Source of the DNA: Patescibacteria group bacterium
GTDB lineage: Bacteria > Patescibacteriota > Minisyncoccia > Phycocordibacterales > Phycocordibacteraceae
Direction of reading: 5' to 3'
NCBI GenBank assembly: GCA_038062175.1
Contig: JBBTXR010000001.1
Span: 75,701-135,761 of the forward strand
DNA length: 60,061 nucleotides
A model generated the notes under the pieces. The model was not told the origin of the DNA and did not search any database. It saw only the letters and a program-made list of their open reading frames with translations. Every line of letters starts with the position of its first letter. Position 1 is the stretch's first letter. Made by a program: the position numbers and the translations under genes. Positions 37,119 to 51,443 of the stretch are shown one piece after another.

Positions 37119-38219
37119 ATGGGCTTTTTCTCAAAGCTGTTTTCATCAACCAAAAAATCACAGAGCGTAATCGGCATTGATGTCGGTTCGTCGTCTTTGA
37201 AGGTGGTGCAGCTGCGACGTGAAGGCGGCACTGCCATTTTGGAAACCTACGGTGAACTCGCACTTGCCCCTTACTCTGGGGGAGAAGTGGGAACCGCAAC
37301 GAATTTACCGGCTGCCACTATCGCAGAATCTTTAAAGGATCTTCTTCGTGAGGCGAATGTAACGACGAAGGAGGCTGGTATTTCCATTCCATTCTCTCGT
37401 TCGTTGCTCACGCTCGTCTCACTCCCGTATCGCGAGAATGAAGCTGAACAGAAGACGGTGATCGAGCTCGAAGCGAGGAAGTACATCCCTGTACCCGTCT
37501 CCGAAGTGCAGCTTGATTGGTTTATTCTTCCCCGACCTATTCCAGAAGGGCAGCAGACGCAGGCAGAAGCGCCGCAGAAAGTCGACGTGCTCCTAGTCGC
37601 GGTGCATAACGACGAGCTCAAGCTCCTTGAGCAGGTCGTGAATGGGGCTGAACTCACCGCATCTTTCTATGAGATTGAGATCTTCAGTACTATCCGTTCA
37701 GTTGTGGATGAGCCAGTGAAGCCGGTATTGGTGCTTGATATCGGTGCGTCTGCGACGAAGGTGTATGTCGTAGAGCATGGAGTAGTTGCGCTCTCGCATA
37801 ACATTCCGAAGGGTGGTCAGGATGTGACACGCACGATTGCGACCGCGCATGATATGCCGATCGCCAAGGCGGAAATTCTGAAGAAGGAGCACGGCTTTAA
37901 TACCGAAGGAGTTCAGTACGATCGTAAGACAATTGAGTTGGTATTCTCACGTATTTTCGAGGAAGCAAAACGGGCTATGGCGCAGTATGAGGTGGGAGCA
38001 GGAAAGTCAGTGTCTGCACTTATCCTTACGGGGGGTGGTGGCGTCACCAAAGAACTTTCAAGCTACGCTAAGTCTTTCTTTTCAGTACCCGTGCAGCTTG
38101 CCGATCCGTTTAGCAAAGCGCAGTCTCCTGCGTTCATGCAGCCGGTCCTCAAGGAGATCGGGCCTGAGTTTGCTGTTGCGGTTGGTCTTGCACTCCGCAA
38201 GCTCGAAGAGCTCGAATAG
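37119..38219 (+). CDS. pilM: Type IV pilus assembly protein PilM
   Basis: IGIDVGSSSLK, LDIGA, LTGGG, AVAVGLALR. Confidence 0.93.
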   Translation: MGFFSKLFSSTKKSQSVIGIDVGSSSLKVVQLRREGGTAILETYGELALAPYSGGEVGTATNLPAATIAESLKDLLREANVTTKEAGISIPFSRSLLTLVSLPYRENEAEQKTVIELEARKYIPVPVSEVQLDWFILPRPIPEGQQTQAEAPQKVDVLLVAVHNDELKLLEQVVNGAELTASFYEIEIFSTIRSVVDEPVKPVLVLDIGASATKVYVVEHGVVALSHNIPKGGQDVTRTIATAHDMPIAKAEILKKEHGFNTEGVQYDRKTIELVFSRIFEEAKRAMAQYEVGAGKSVSALILTGGGGVTKELSSYAKSFFSVPVQLADPFSKAQSPAFMQPVLKEIGPEFAVAVGLALRKLEELE

Positions 38220-38274
38220 TCAGTCGTGTGTATAACGGCAGGTACTTTGCATACGAGACGCGTATACTAATACC

Positions 38275-38931
38275 GTGGCACTCCCTCCAACCGTACCAAC
38301 TTCGTTTGTTCCGAAGCAGCCCGTTGCAACGACACGGCGTGCGAAGCGTGGCAGCGGAAGTCTTTTTCTTACTATCTCTCTGATTGTCATGGGGCTTGCA
38401 GTCGTTGGTGCTGGCGCAACGTTTGCCTATGAACAGATTCTCGAATCGGTTCGCGACAAGAAGGCAGCGGAGCTCGCAGCTGCCGAAGCAAGTATTAACC
38501 GTGAGACGGTAGATGAATTTCTTCGTTTGCAGGCACGACTCGATGCTACCGAGAAACTCCTTGATGAGCACATATCCCTCTCACGTTTCTTCGCAGTACT
38601 CGAGACACTCACGCTTCAGACCGTTTCCTTCCAGTCACTTGAGTTGAGTATTACTGATACGGGAGACACGAAACTGACGCTTGAAGGTACAGCACAGAGC
38701 TTTAACGCGCTTGCAGCACAGTCAGCGGCATTTGCAGCTGAGCGACGCATCCGCGAGGCTATTTTCTCAGACATCAGAGCGCTTCCAACGGGTGTCGTTA
38801 CGTTCTCGCTCCAGGCGGTCATCCATCCATCACTTATCGCTTGGGAGGGTACCCCGCTAGCTCCAGAGCAAGTCGACACCACGAATACGTCGTTGCCTCA
38901 AGAACAAACGGATACCACTACTACGCCATAG
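38275..38931 (+). CDS. pilN: PilN-like protein
   Basis: TSFVPK N-terminal peptide, TM helix, coiled coil; follows pilM; GTG start. Confidence 0.7.
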   Translation: MALPPTVPTSFVPKQPVATTRRAKRGSGSLFLTISLIVMGLAVVGAGATFAYEQILESVRDKKAAELAAAEASINRETVDEFLRLQARLDATEKLLDEHISLSRFFAVLETLTLQTVSFQSLELSITDTGDTKLTLEGTAQSFNALAAQSAAFAAERRIREAIFSDIRALPTGVVTFSLQAVIHPSLIAWEGTPLAPEQVDTTNTSLPQEQTDTTTTP

Positions 38932-38934
38932 CCT

Positions 38935-39480
38935 ATGTCACGTCTCCTCCCTATCGTCGCCATCCTTATCGCCCTCGGACTCTTCTTCGGGTATATCAAT
39001 CCGACCATGTCGGGTCCTATCGCCGCAGTTAAGCAGGAGATTAAGAGTTATGAAAGTGCGCTTGAGGCTGCCGATCGTTTCAGGGAGAAGCAGCAACAAC
39101 TCGTTGAGGAACGCGCGAAGATTCCTCCTGCATCGATCGTGCTTCTTGAGTCTTTCCTCCCAAATGGCGCAGATAACGTGCAACTCATACTTGATCTTGA
39201 TGCCCTTGCATCTCAGGCAGGTCTTTCACTCTCTGAATTCACCATGGCCGAGCCGGTCGAGCAGGTACCGGTAGATGGCATTGTTATTCCAGAGGAGACC
39301 CCGGTTGGTTCGATCGAACTTACGACTAGTGGCACCGGTAGTTATGAGTCCTTCCGTGCATTTTTGAGTGCTGCCGAGAGCAGTCTTCGCCCGCTCGACT
39401 TGGTTAACCTTTCTATCGCCGCTAACGCGGCAGGTGCGTATACCTACGATATGACCTTCCGCCTCTACTGGCTTCGCTAA
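38935..39480 (+). CDS. pilO: PilO-like protein
   Basis: TM helix, coiled coil, FLP, GSYESFRAFL..E..LR. Confidence 0.78.
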   Translation: MSRLLPIVAILIALGLFFGYINPTMSGPIAAVKQEIKSYESALEAADRFREKQQQLVEERAKIPPASIVLLESFLPNGADNVQLILDLDALASQAGLSLSEFTMAEPVEQVPVDGIVIPEETPVGSIELTTSGTGSYESFRAFLSAAESSLRPLDLVNLSIAANAAGAYTYDMTFRLYWLR

Positions 39481-39485
39481 TACCT

Positions 39486-39791
39486 ATGAACCTCAACTCG
39501 CTTCATATCTCCCGCACCGTCGCTATCGGCATCATCCTTGCGATCGTTGTAATCGCAGCGATTGCATACACGCTGATGAATGATGGTACCGATGAGACCA
39601 TTACTGTCTCGGATCCGGCAACGACCGAAAGTGAGGCGAATTTTATTACGCTTGCAAGTGAACTTGATTCGATCGCCTTTGATGCAAGCGTTCTTTCCGA
39701 TCCTCGTTTTACTTCGCTCGTAAATATCAACACGGCAATCACTCCAGAACCAGTTGGTCGGAGTAATCCGTTCTCACCGATTGGGCGCTAA
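39486..39791 (+). CDS. Small pilus-associated single-TM protein (PilP position)
   Basis: TM helix; C-terminal GRSNPF. Confidence 0.65.
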   Translation: MNLNSLHISRTVAIGIILAIVVIAAIAYTLMNDGTDETITVSDPATTESEANFITLASELDSIAFDASVLSDPRFTSLVNINTAITPEPVGRSNPFSPIGR

Positions 39792-39875
39792 CCACAGTAG
39801 CGAAGGCAGTCACGCGAGAGTTGTGCGTTATCATGAACGGGTGAACGTTCCGTGCTGGAACGTATGGCGCATCTC

Positions 39876-41635
<1,760 letters not shown>

Positions 41636-41639
<4 letters not shown>

Positions 41640-42022
41640 ACCCCTATCGCCTCTATCTAGTCGATGACGATCGTTTTCTCCTCGACATGTACGCTGTGAA
41701 ATTTAAAGCAGCGGGGCATGAGGTGACCGCCTTTAATAAGGGAGAGGAGTTGCTCGCGGTGCTTCGTGAGAAACCGGCTCCAAACGCCCTGCTTCTCGAT
41801 GTGGTTATGCCGGGTATGAGTGGCTTCGATATTCTCGACGTAATCCGTAAGGAGAATCTTGGCGAAGGAATGAAGGTCATCATCCTCTCCAATCAGGGAC
41901 AGGATGCAGATTTGAATCGTGCGAAGGAACTCAAGGCCGACGGCTATATCATCAAGGCATCAGCCATTCCATCAGAAGTGTACTCAGAGACTATTAAGAT
42001 CATAGAAACGAAGACAGCATGA
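41636..42022 (+). CDS. Stand-alone response regulator receiver domain
   Basis: VDDD, LLDVVMP, LSN, YIIK; no output domain. Confidence 0.9.
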
Positions 42023-43077
42023 GCGACAATCGCATCACCGGGTTACTCGATACAGTCGTAAAAGAAGGAGGATCCGATCTCCATCTCTCACCAGGCTCAC
42101 CGCCGGTGATTCGTGTCGCTGGTGCGCTCGTGCCTCTTGTACAGGAGAGCGTACTCACGCCCGCAGACACTGCGGGCATACTGAAATCAATTGCACCTGA
42201 GGCTACCTGGGGAAAGTTTGAAGCCGATCAGTCAATCGACTTCTCACTCGCTCACACCGACGGCAATCGCTTCCGCGTGAACGGGTACGTGGTGCAGGGC
42301 GCGGTTGTTATCGCGATGCGACTTATCCCAAAAGAGATCCGTACCTTTGAGACGCTCAATCTCCCTCCCGTACTCGAGGTCTTCAGTCAGAAGCAGCAAG
42401 GCTTCTTCTTGGTGGTAGGACCGGTAGGGCAGGGTAAATCAACCACGCTTGCCGCTATCATTGATCGCATTAATGAGACCCGTGCCGAGCACATCGTGAC
42501 GATTGAGGATCCGGTCGAATACATTTTTGAACAGAAGAAGTCCCTCATTCATCAGCGTGAAGTGCATATTGATACCCCTGACTTCGCGGCAGCACTCACT
42601 GCTGCCTTCCGTGAGGACGTGAACGTAATCATGGTGGGTGAGATGCGTAACTACGAGACCATCTCAGCTGCCGTCACCGCTGCAGAAACGGGACACCTCG
42701 TGCTTTCGACCTTGCACACCAATAACGCGGCGCAGACCATCGACCGTATCATCGATATGTTCCCGCCGAATCAGCAGGATCAGGTGCGTGTACAGCTCGC
42801 AGGCTCGCTTGCTGGCATCTTCTCGCAGCGTTTGGTGCCGAAGATTTCGGGCGGACAGGTTCCGGCGTATGAGCTATTGATCAATAACAGTGCGATCGCA
42901 AACCTTATTCGTGAGGGACGTACCCATGAGATTTCAACGGTGGTACAGACCTCAAGTCAGGAAGGCATGATTGATATGGATCGCTCGCTTGCGGAACTCG
43001 TCCGCAAGGGCGAGGTCACCATCGAGCATGCGTACGAGCGTGCGATGGATCCAAAGACCTTCGAGCGCTACCTCTAA
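42019..43077 (+). CDS. pilT: Type IV pilus retraction ATPase PilT
   Basis: SDLHL, GPVGQGKS, AETGHLV, AIANLIRE. Confidence 0.94.
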   Translation: MSDNRITGLLDTVVKEGGSDLHLSPGSPPVIRVAGALVPLVQESVLTPADTAGILKSIAPEATWGKFEADQSIDFSLAHTDGNRFRVNGYVVQGAVVIAMRLIPKEIRTFETLNLPPVLEVFSQKQQGFFLVVGPVGQGKSTTLAAIIDRINETRAEHIVTIEDPVEYIFEQKKSLIHQREVHIDTPDFAAALTAAFREDVNVIMVGEMRNYETISAAVTAAETGHLVLSTLHTNNAAQTIDRIIDMFPPNQQDQVRVQLAGSLAGIFSQRLVPKISGGQVPAYELLINNSAIANLIREGRTHEISTVVQTSSQEGMIDMDRSLAELVRKGEVTIEHAYERAMDPKTFERYL

Positions 43078-43083
43078 TCTTTT

Positions 43084-44289
43084 ATGCTTTTCTCCTACCG
43101 AGCACTTGATACCGATGGGCATGAGCGCCAAGGCTCGATTGAGGCCCTGTCGATGGACGTAGCAGTTGCAACCTTGCAGCGCCGCAACCTGATCGTCTCG
43201 TCGATCGAGCCGGTGGGGAAGAAGGGTCCGCTTCAAGTTCAGTTCAGTTTCCTAAAGCCGGTATCAAATAAAGATACGGTTATTCTCTCGCGACAGATCG
43301 CAACACTGTTTGAAGCCCAGGTCTCAGCACTTCGCGTGTTCCGTTTGCTTGCGGCTGAGGTTGAGAACAAGCATCTTGCTGAGGTTCTTACGCAGGTGGC
43401 AGATGATATTCAGGGAGGTAGCCCGATCAGTAAGGCACTGGCGCGTCATCCACGCGTGTTCACTACCTTCTATGTGAACATGGTGCGTTCGGGTGAGGAG
43501 TCCGGAAAGCTCTCAGAAACTTTCGGCTATCTTGCCGACTATTTGGATAGAACGTACGAGGTGGCAAGTAAAGCACAGAACGCCCTCATCTATCCGGCGT
43601 TCGTGATCGCGGTGTTCTTTGTGGTGATGGGACTCATGCTCACCATGGTGATTCCGAAGGTGAGTGCGATTCTTATTGACTCGGGACAGGAGATTCCTAT
43701 CTATACGCAGGTCGTGATCGCGCTCTCGATGTTCCTCGTTAACTACGGCGCTTTCTTCCTCGTCGCACTCGCGGTTGGTGGATTCTTTATGTTCCGCTAT
43801 GCGCAGACCCCGCCCGGACGACTGTTCTTCGATGATCTCAAACTTGAAACACCCTATATCGGTGACCTCTATGAGAAACTCTATCTTTCTCGTATTGCGG
43901 ACAACTTTGCGACCATGCTCATGTCGGGCGTGCCCGTTGTTGAATCAGTGGAGATTACGGCATCCGTGGTTGGAAACGCTCGCTACGAGGAGGTGCTTAA
44001 GGATGTGGGGGAGCAGGTCAAAGGTGGTGCATCAATCTCAGATGCTCTCAACCGTCACCAGGAGATTCCCGGTATCATGAGTGCTATGGTGCGCGTGGGT
44101 GAGGAGACAGGTGAGCTTGGTAACATTCTCACCACACTCGCAAAGTTCTATCGCCGTGAAGTCAGTAATGCTGTCGACACCCTCGTTGACCTCATCGAGC
44201 CGATGATGATTGTGCTCCTTGGTCTTGGTGTGGGTATTTTGCTCGCCTCCGTACTCATTCCGATCTACAACCTCGCGGGCTCGATCTAG
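43084..44289 (+). CDS. pilC: Type IV pilus platform protein PilC/GspF
   Basis: GEESGKL, ALIYP, GEETGEL, LIEP. Confidence 0.94.
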   Translation: MLFSYRALDTDGHERQGSIEALSMDVAVATLQRRNLIVSSIEPVGKKGPLQVQFSFLKPVSNKDTVILSRQIATLFEAQVSALRVFRLLAAEVENKHLAEVLTQVADDIQGGSPISKALARHPRVFTTFYVNMVRSGEESGKLSETFGYLADYLDRTYEVASKAQNALIYPAFVIAVFFVVMGLMLTMVIPKVSAILIDSGQEIPIYTQVVIALSMFLVNYGAFFLVALAVGGFFMFRYAQTPPGRLFFDDLKLETPYIGDLYEKLYLSRIADNFATMLMSGVPVVESVEITASVVGNARYEEVLKDVGEQVKGGASISDALNRHQEIPGIMSAMVRVGEETGELGNILTTLAKFYRREVSNAVDTLVDLIEPMMIVLLGLGVGILLASVLIPIYNLAGSI

Positions 44290-44387
44290 CTCGAGTATCC
44301 ACAAAGCTCAAGTATTGTCGCTGTGCATCGCGTACAATACATACAGCGGATATTTACTCGCCGCGTAATCCTTACATTTCACCAATT

Positions 44388-44876
44388 ATGAATCTCGCAT
44401 CTACCAGCGTTCGACAAGGACACCTCCGAGGTTTCACCCTCATCGAGCTCCTCGTCGTTATCGCTATCATCGGCATTCTCTCGTCGGTGGTGCTCGCATC
44501 TCTCAATACCGCGCGAAACAAGGGTGCGGATGCGGCCATCAAGTCGAACCTTTCCGCAGCACGTGCGGAGGCTGAAATTTATTACGATAGTAAAAACAAT
44601 GCGTACACCAGCTCGGTAGCACCTACTAGTGTCTGTGCAGCTACCGGCGCAAACGTCATTGGCGACAGTGTCACTGCAGCTCTCACCGCAGCAGGAAGCA
44701 GTGTCACACTTGCGAATGCCTGCCAGGCAAGCGCCAGTGCATGGGCAGCCGTTGTCCAGCTTAAGGCGGGCGATGGCGACACGGTGAACGACTGGTACTG
44801 TGTTGACTCTGCTGGGTATGCAAATACCATCGAGCTGGCCACACAGCCGGTTATTACGGACTTTGCTTGTCCATAG
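44388..44876 (+). CDS. pilA: Major type IV pilin, copy 1
   Basis: RG|FTLIELLVVIAIIGIL N-methylation motif; ends DFACP. Confidence 0.92.
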   Translation: MNLASTSVRQGHLRGFTLIELLVVIAIIGILSSVVLASLNTARNKGADAAIKSNLSAARAEAEIYYDSKNNAYTSSVAPTSVCAATGANVIGDSVTAALTAAGSSVTLANACQASASAWAAVVQLKAGDGDTVNDWYCVDSAGYANTIELATQPVITDFACP

Positions 44877-44894
44877 TTGTTGCAGAGTTCTATT

Positions 44895-44924
44895 TGCAAA
44901 AGGCCCCGCATGGGGCCTTTTGCA
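44895..44924 (+). terminator. Terminator after pilin copy 1
   Basis: TGCAAAAGGCCCC-gcat-GGGGCCTTTTGCA. Confidence 0.85.
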
Positions 44925-44983
44925 TTACTTGACTCAACTCTTATTGGCAAAACACTATCGCTTCTTCTTATTCATTACATTCT

Positions 44984-44992
44984 TTATCCACA
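44984..44992 (+). promoter_or_regulatory. DnaA-box-like TTATCCACA upstream of pilin copy 2
   Basis: Perfect consensus; an 8/9 match lies at the homologous position 44295-44303. Confidence 0.5.
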
Positions 44993-45076
44993 CACGTTAC
45001 AGCGGAGGGGGTGCATTCACGTACAATACATACAGCGGATATTTACTCGCCGCGTAATCCTTACATTTCACCAATT

Positions 45077-45565
45077 ATGAATCTCGCATCTACCAGCGTT
45101 CGACAAGGACACCTCCGAGGTTTCACCCTCATCGAGCTCCTCGTCGTTATCGCTATCATCGGCATTCTCTCGTCGGTGGTGCTCGCATCTCTCAATACCG
45201 CGCGAAACAAGGGTGCGGATGCGGCCATCAAGTCGAACCTTTCCGCAGCACGTGCGGAGGCTGAAATTTATTACGATAGTAAAAACAATGCGTACACCAG
45301 CTCGGTAGCACCTACTAGTGTCTGTGCAGCTACCGGCGCAAACGTCATTGGCGACAGTGTCACTGCAGCTCTCACCGCAGCAGGAAGCAGTGTCACACTT
45401 GCGAATGCCTGCCAGGCAAGCGCCAGTGCATGGGCAGCCGTTGTCCAGCTTAAGGCGGGCGATGGCGACACGGTGAACGACTGGTACTGTGTTGACTCTG
45501 CTGGGTATGCAAATACCATCGAGCTGGCCACACAGCCGGTTATTACGGACTTCACTTGCTCGTAG
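45077..45565 (+). CDS. pilA: Major type IV pilin, copy 2
   Basis: Identical to copy 1 except the C-terminus DFTCS. Confidence 0.92.
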   Translation: MNLASTSVRQGHLRGFTLIELLVVIAIIGILSSVVLASLNTARNKGADAAIKSNLSAARAEAEIYYDSKNNAYTSSVAPTSVCAATGANVIGDSVTAALTAAGSSVTLANACQASASAWAAVVQLKAGDGDTVNDWYCVDSAGYANTIELATQPVITDFTCS

Positions 45566-45586
45566 GCACTCGTCATAGTTCGAAAC

Positions 45587-45612
45587 AACAAAGCCCCGCA
45601 GGGGCTTTGTTT
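45587..45612 (+). terminator. Terminator after pilin copy 2
   Basis: AACAAAGCCCC-gca-GGGGCTTTGTT. Confidence 0.8.
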
Positions 45613-45660
45613 GTTGTTGATGAAGCCTCCCAGCTTATTTTATTAGGCTATACTTGAGCC

Positions 45661-46116
45661 ATGAGATCATCTTCCGGTTTCACCCTCATCGAGCTCCTCG
45701 TCGTTGTCGCCATTCTCGGCATTCTTTCTTCGGTGGTGCTGGGGTCGTTAAATACCGCACGTGATCGCGCTCAGGATGCAGCCGTCCGCTCTAACCTTTC
45801 GTCAGTGCGTTCCCAGGCACAGCTCTACCATGAGGCTAACGGCAATAGTTACAACGGTCTTTGTGATAACACGGGAGCAGTTGGTGGGGTTGATACCGTC
45901 TATACCCTTATCTCTGCAGCGGTCTTTGTGACGGGGGGTTCAACCATCGGTACCGGTCCCACCACCCTTACGGATGGTACCTGTAATGCAACTCCGGATG
46001 ATTGGGCAACTGAGGTCGCGCTAAAAACCGAAGGATTTTATTGTATCGATAGCATGGGCAATGCAACAACCTCTGATACATCATTTCTCGGAGCGGGGGA
46101 GTTAATCTGTGAGTAG
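45661..46116 (+). CDS. Type IV pilin paralog
   Basis: SG|FTLIELLVVVAIL; same Cys layout (YCIDS) as the major pilin. Confidence 0.9.
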   Translation: MRSSSGFTLIELLVVVAILGILSSVVLGSLNTARDRAQDAAVRSNLSSVRSQAQLYHEANGNSYNGLCDNTGAVGGVDTVYTLISAAVFVTGGSTIGTGPTTLTDGTCNATPDDWATEVALKTEGFYCIDSMGNATTSDTSFLGAGELICE

Positions 46117-46117
46117 T

Positions 46118-46867
46118 ATGGATATCTACACAATCGGATTTGCAGTTCTCGGTGCCATACTCGCAAGTTTTGTTGGTGTGTTGGTTGAGCGCACACATAC
46201 GGGCGAGTCGTGGACAAACGATCGCTCGAAATGCAACTCTTGCTCGACGGCACTTGGTCTACTTGATCTCATCCCTGTTGCGTCATGGCTTTCAACCTAC
46301 GGACGTTGTGGCCATTGTGGAATACGGCTCCCACTTATGTATCTAGTGAGTGAGATGATGCTCGCGGGCCTCTTTGCCCTTTCCTATAGCGTGTTCGGAC
46401 TCAGTGTGTTGCTCGGTCTTTTCTTAGCTGCGCTCTGCGTACTCCTGTATATCGTCCTCTACGATCTTCGACATACGGTCGTACCGGTTGCAGCGTCGAC
46501 GACATTAGTGCTGCTTTCGACTGCGTTTGCATATGCAGCGTCTTTTGATCTGATGGATTTTGGACTCTCGCTCCTATTCGCTGGTGTGATTGGACTTGCA
46601 TTCTTCCTCCTTCACGCGCTCTCCTCGGGGCGACTCATGGGTCTCGGTGACAGTCCGATTGCACTCGCACTCTCGCTGTTGGTGGGGTTTGGAAGTGCCT
46701 TCTCAGGTCTTCTTTTCTCCTTCTGGATTGGGGCGTTATGCGGAATCGCTATATTGGTATGCCGGCGGGAAGGGCCTAGAATGGGTATTGAAGTACCCTT
46801 CGTGCCGTTTCTCGCTGCTGGGTACCTACTCGCCTACTTTACGCAATGGAATCCCTTTCTCCTTTGA
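46118..46867 (+). CDS. pilD: Prepilin peptidase (A24)
   Basis: RSKCNSC, DLIPV, GRCGHC, YDL, MGLGD, PFVPFL. Confidence 0.92.
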   Translation: MDIYTIGFAVLGAILASFVGVLVERTHTGESWTNDRSKCNSCSTALGLLDLIPVASWLSTYGRCGHCGIRLPLMYLVSEMMLAGLFALSYSVFGLSVLLGLFLAALCVLLYIVLYDLRHTVVPVAASTTLVLLSTAFAYAASFDLMDFGLSLLFAGVIGLAFFLLHALSSGRLMGLGDSPIALALSLLVGFGSAFSGLLFSFWIGALCGIAILVCRREGPRMGIEVPFVPFLAAGYLLAYFTQWNPFLL

Positions 46868-46887
46868 ATACGAACAAGATAGTTTCC

Positions 46888-47550
46888 ATGCGCGGATTCA
46901 CTCTCGTAGAGATGATGGTCGTGCTTTTTATTATCGTGATCGTGACCACGGTCGCGGTTACGGGGCAGGGCGCTTTCAATCGTTCACTTATCCTTACCGA
47001 TACCGCATATACGATCGCGTTCTCGTTGCGTGAAGCCCAGTCCTTTGGACTGTCGAGTCGATCGGTAACTCCAGGCGTGTATAACGCAGGATACGGTATT
47101 CGCTTCTCGTCACAGACTCCCAGTGCATATGTACTTTTTGCAGATACAAATCCGGTGAAGCCTGGAAATGATCAGTCGGCGCTTTGTCCCGGACATCCGC
47201 CAGACGAGACATCGCCGGACTCGCATCCAGGCGATTGTATCTATGACCCTTCGGCAACACCCGCAGAGCTCGTTAGAACTTACACGCTCAATCGTGGATA
47301 CGAGATCTATCGTTTCTGTGGCGGAGAGTGGGGAGGTGGTGAGGTACGCTGTTCGGGTGTTGACTTCGAGACGATGCATATCACCTTCATGCGTCCGTCG
47401 ACCGATACTGTGATATTCGGCATCATGCAAAACGGGAATCTGCGTCGGCTCACTAATGCAACGATTTACTTGCGCTCTCCTGATGGTGAGGCAGAACGCT
47501 GCATTACGGTATCGAAAGTGGGGCAGATAGCAGTTGGAGATTGCTCATGA
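46888..47550 (+). CDS. Minor pilin (FimT/FimU-like)
   Basis: MRG|FTLVEMMVV. Confidence 0.85.
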   Translation: MRGFTLVEMMVVLFIIVIVTTVAVTGQGAFNRSLILTDTAYTIAFSLREAQSFGLSSRSVTPGVYNAGYGIRFSSQTPSAYVLFADTNPVKPGNDQSALCPGHPPDETSPDSHPGDCIYDPSATPAELVRTYTLNRGYEIYRFCGGEWGGGEVRCSGVDFETMHITFMRPSTDTVIFGIMQNGNLRRLTNATIYLRSPDGEAERCITVSKVGQIAVGDCS

Positions 47551-48089
47551 CATATCTAACCAAGTCACCGAGAGGATATACATTACTTGAACTCATTGTT
47601 GCGGTGGGTCTCTTTAGTATGGTGATGATGATTGTGATGGGTGTCTATCTTGCCCTCATTAGTTACGATCGTCAGGCTCGTGCTACTAATCAGCTCGTTG
47701 CGAACCTTTCATTTGCTGTTGAGAGTATGTCTCGCAATATTCGTACGGGTAGAGATTATGAGCCGGCTGGTGTAAGAAATCTCTTTGTCTTCAAGGACGC
47801 GAGCGGTACTTCTGTGCGATACATTAGACGCAGTGACGGCACGATTGGGCAGTGCACTGGTAGTGACGCACTGAGTGCGTCTGCGTGCACTGCACGAGCG
47901 ATTCCACTCACTGATCCGCGTATTACCATCAATACGTTGCGCTTCAATACACGAGGGATTGCGCCTGACGATGGGATTCAACCATTCGTCGTCATCTCGG
48001 TAGAAGGTACAATGAAGACTGACGCAGGGAAAGCTATTGATTTTGCAATCCAGACCACTGCCGTGCAACGTGTACTTGATATTCCTTAG
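47547..48089 (+). CDS. Minor pilin (PilW-like)
   Basis: RG|YTLLELIVAVGLF. Confidence 0.85.
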   Translation: MTYLTKSPRGYTLLELIVAVGLFSMVMMIVMGVYLALISYDRQARATNQLVANLSFAVESMSRNIRTGRDYEPAGVRNLFVFKDASGTSVRYIRRSDGTIGQCTGSDALSASACTARAIPLTDPRITINTLRFNTRGIAPDDGIQPFVVISVEGTMKTDAGKAIDFAIQTTAVQRVLDIP

Positions 48090-48091
48090 AC

Positions 48092-48639
48092 ATGAAAGCC
48101 TTCACGCTCATCGAGACCCTAGTCGCCATCACCATAGTGTTGCTTGCGGTCATGGGTCCATTCCAGCTTGTACAGCAATCACTTTCAGCCTCCTATGTAG
48201 CTCGTGATCAGGTAGTCGCGACCGCGCTTGCCGAAGAAGGCCTTGAATACGTGCGAGCTATCCGAGACAACAACTATCTGTACAATCTCGCAAACCCAAC
48301 CACACCTCGCTACTGGCTCTATAGTCTCGATTCAACGGCAGGCGAAGGCGCCGACTGCTTTGCCACGCGAGGATGCACAGTGGATCCTACACGGCATGCA
48401 ACACCTCAGGCGATCGCGGCATGCACCAGTGCCTGCCCGCCGCTCTATATACACTCGACAACAAATGTATACACCCAGCTCGCTAGTGGTGCTGCTCAGT
48501 CACGCTTCAGGCGTACGGTACTGCTCGAAGAGGTGCAGGGCAGTTCAGATAAGGTTGTGAAAGTCTCGGTGACTGTAAGCTATGCTTCCGGGCACCGTAC
48601 CCGTACGGTCACCGTGTCCGATTACCTCTACAATTGGCT

Positions 48640-48643
<4 letters not shown>
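48092..48643 (+). CDS. Minor pilin (PilV-like)
   Basis: MKA|FTLIETLVAI, ALAEEGLEYVR. Confidence 0.85.
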
Positions 48644-51140
<2,497 letters not shown>

Positions 51141-51152
51141 TAGAGTGGCCCC

Positions 51153-51443
51153 ATGGCAACCCCGGAAGACGTTAAAAAATTGGCTGCGCTTGCGCGTATC
51201 CAGATCCCGGACGAGTCGTTGGACTCCTTCACAAGGGAGTTTGATGCGGTACTTGCGTACGTGGGTACGCTTGATGAACTCGCTCTTTCCCATGACACTC
51301 CTTCAGCGGGGGTGGTCAGGAATGTGTTGCGCGAAGATGGGGATCCGCATGCGACAGGCGTACATACGGAAAAACTAGCCGCACAATTTTCAAGGCGCGA
51401 GGGGAATCATCTTTCAGTGAAGCAGATTATTTCCTATGACTAG
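51153..51443 (+). CDS. gatC: Asp/Glu-tRNA amidotransferase subunit C
   Basis: VKKLAALARI, NVLRED; upstream of gatA. Confidence 0.9.
   Translation: MATPEDVKKLAALARIQIPDESLDSFTREFDAVLAYVGTLDELALSHDTPSAGVVRNVLREDGDPHATGVHTEKLAAQFSRREGNHLSVKQIISYD

Larger units (their letters stand above)
44331..45552 (+). repeat. Tandem direct repeat: 533-bp copies at 44331-44863 and 45020-45552 (period 689 bp)
   Basis: Identical by eye from the -10 box through the pilin CDS; diverges at the last codons. Confidence 0.9.

Noticed and set aside
44925-45020. oriC at the TTATCCACA site
   Set aside because: Only one perfect box, no box cluster and no dnaA/dnaN context
44331-45552. Repeat as an IS element or composite transposon
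   Set aside because: No transposase or terminal inverted repeats; the repeat unit is the pilin gene itself
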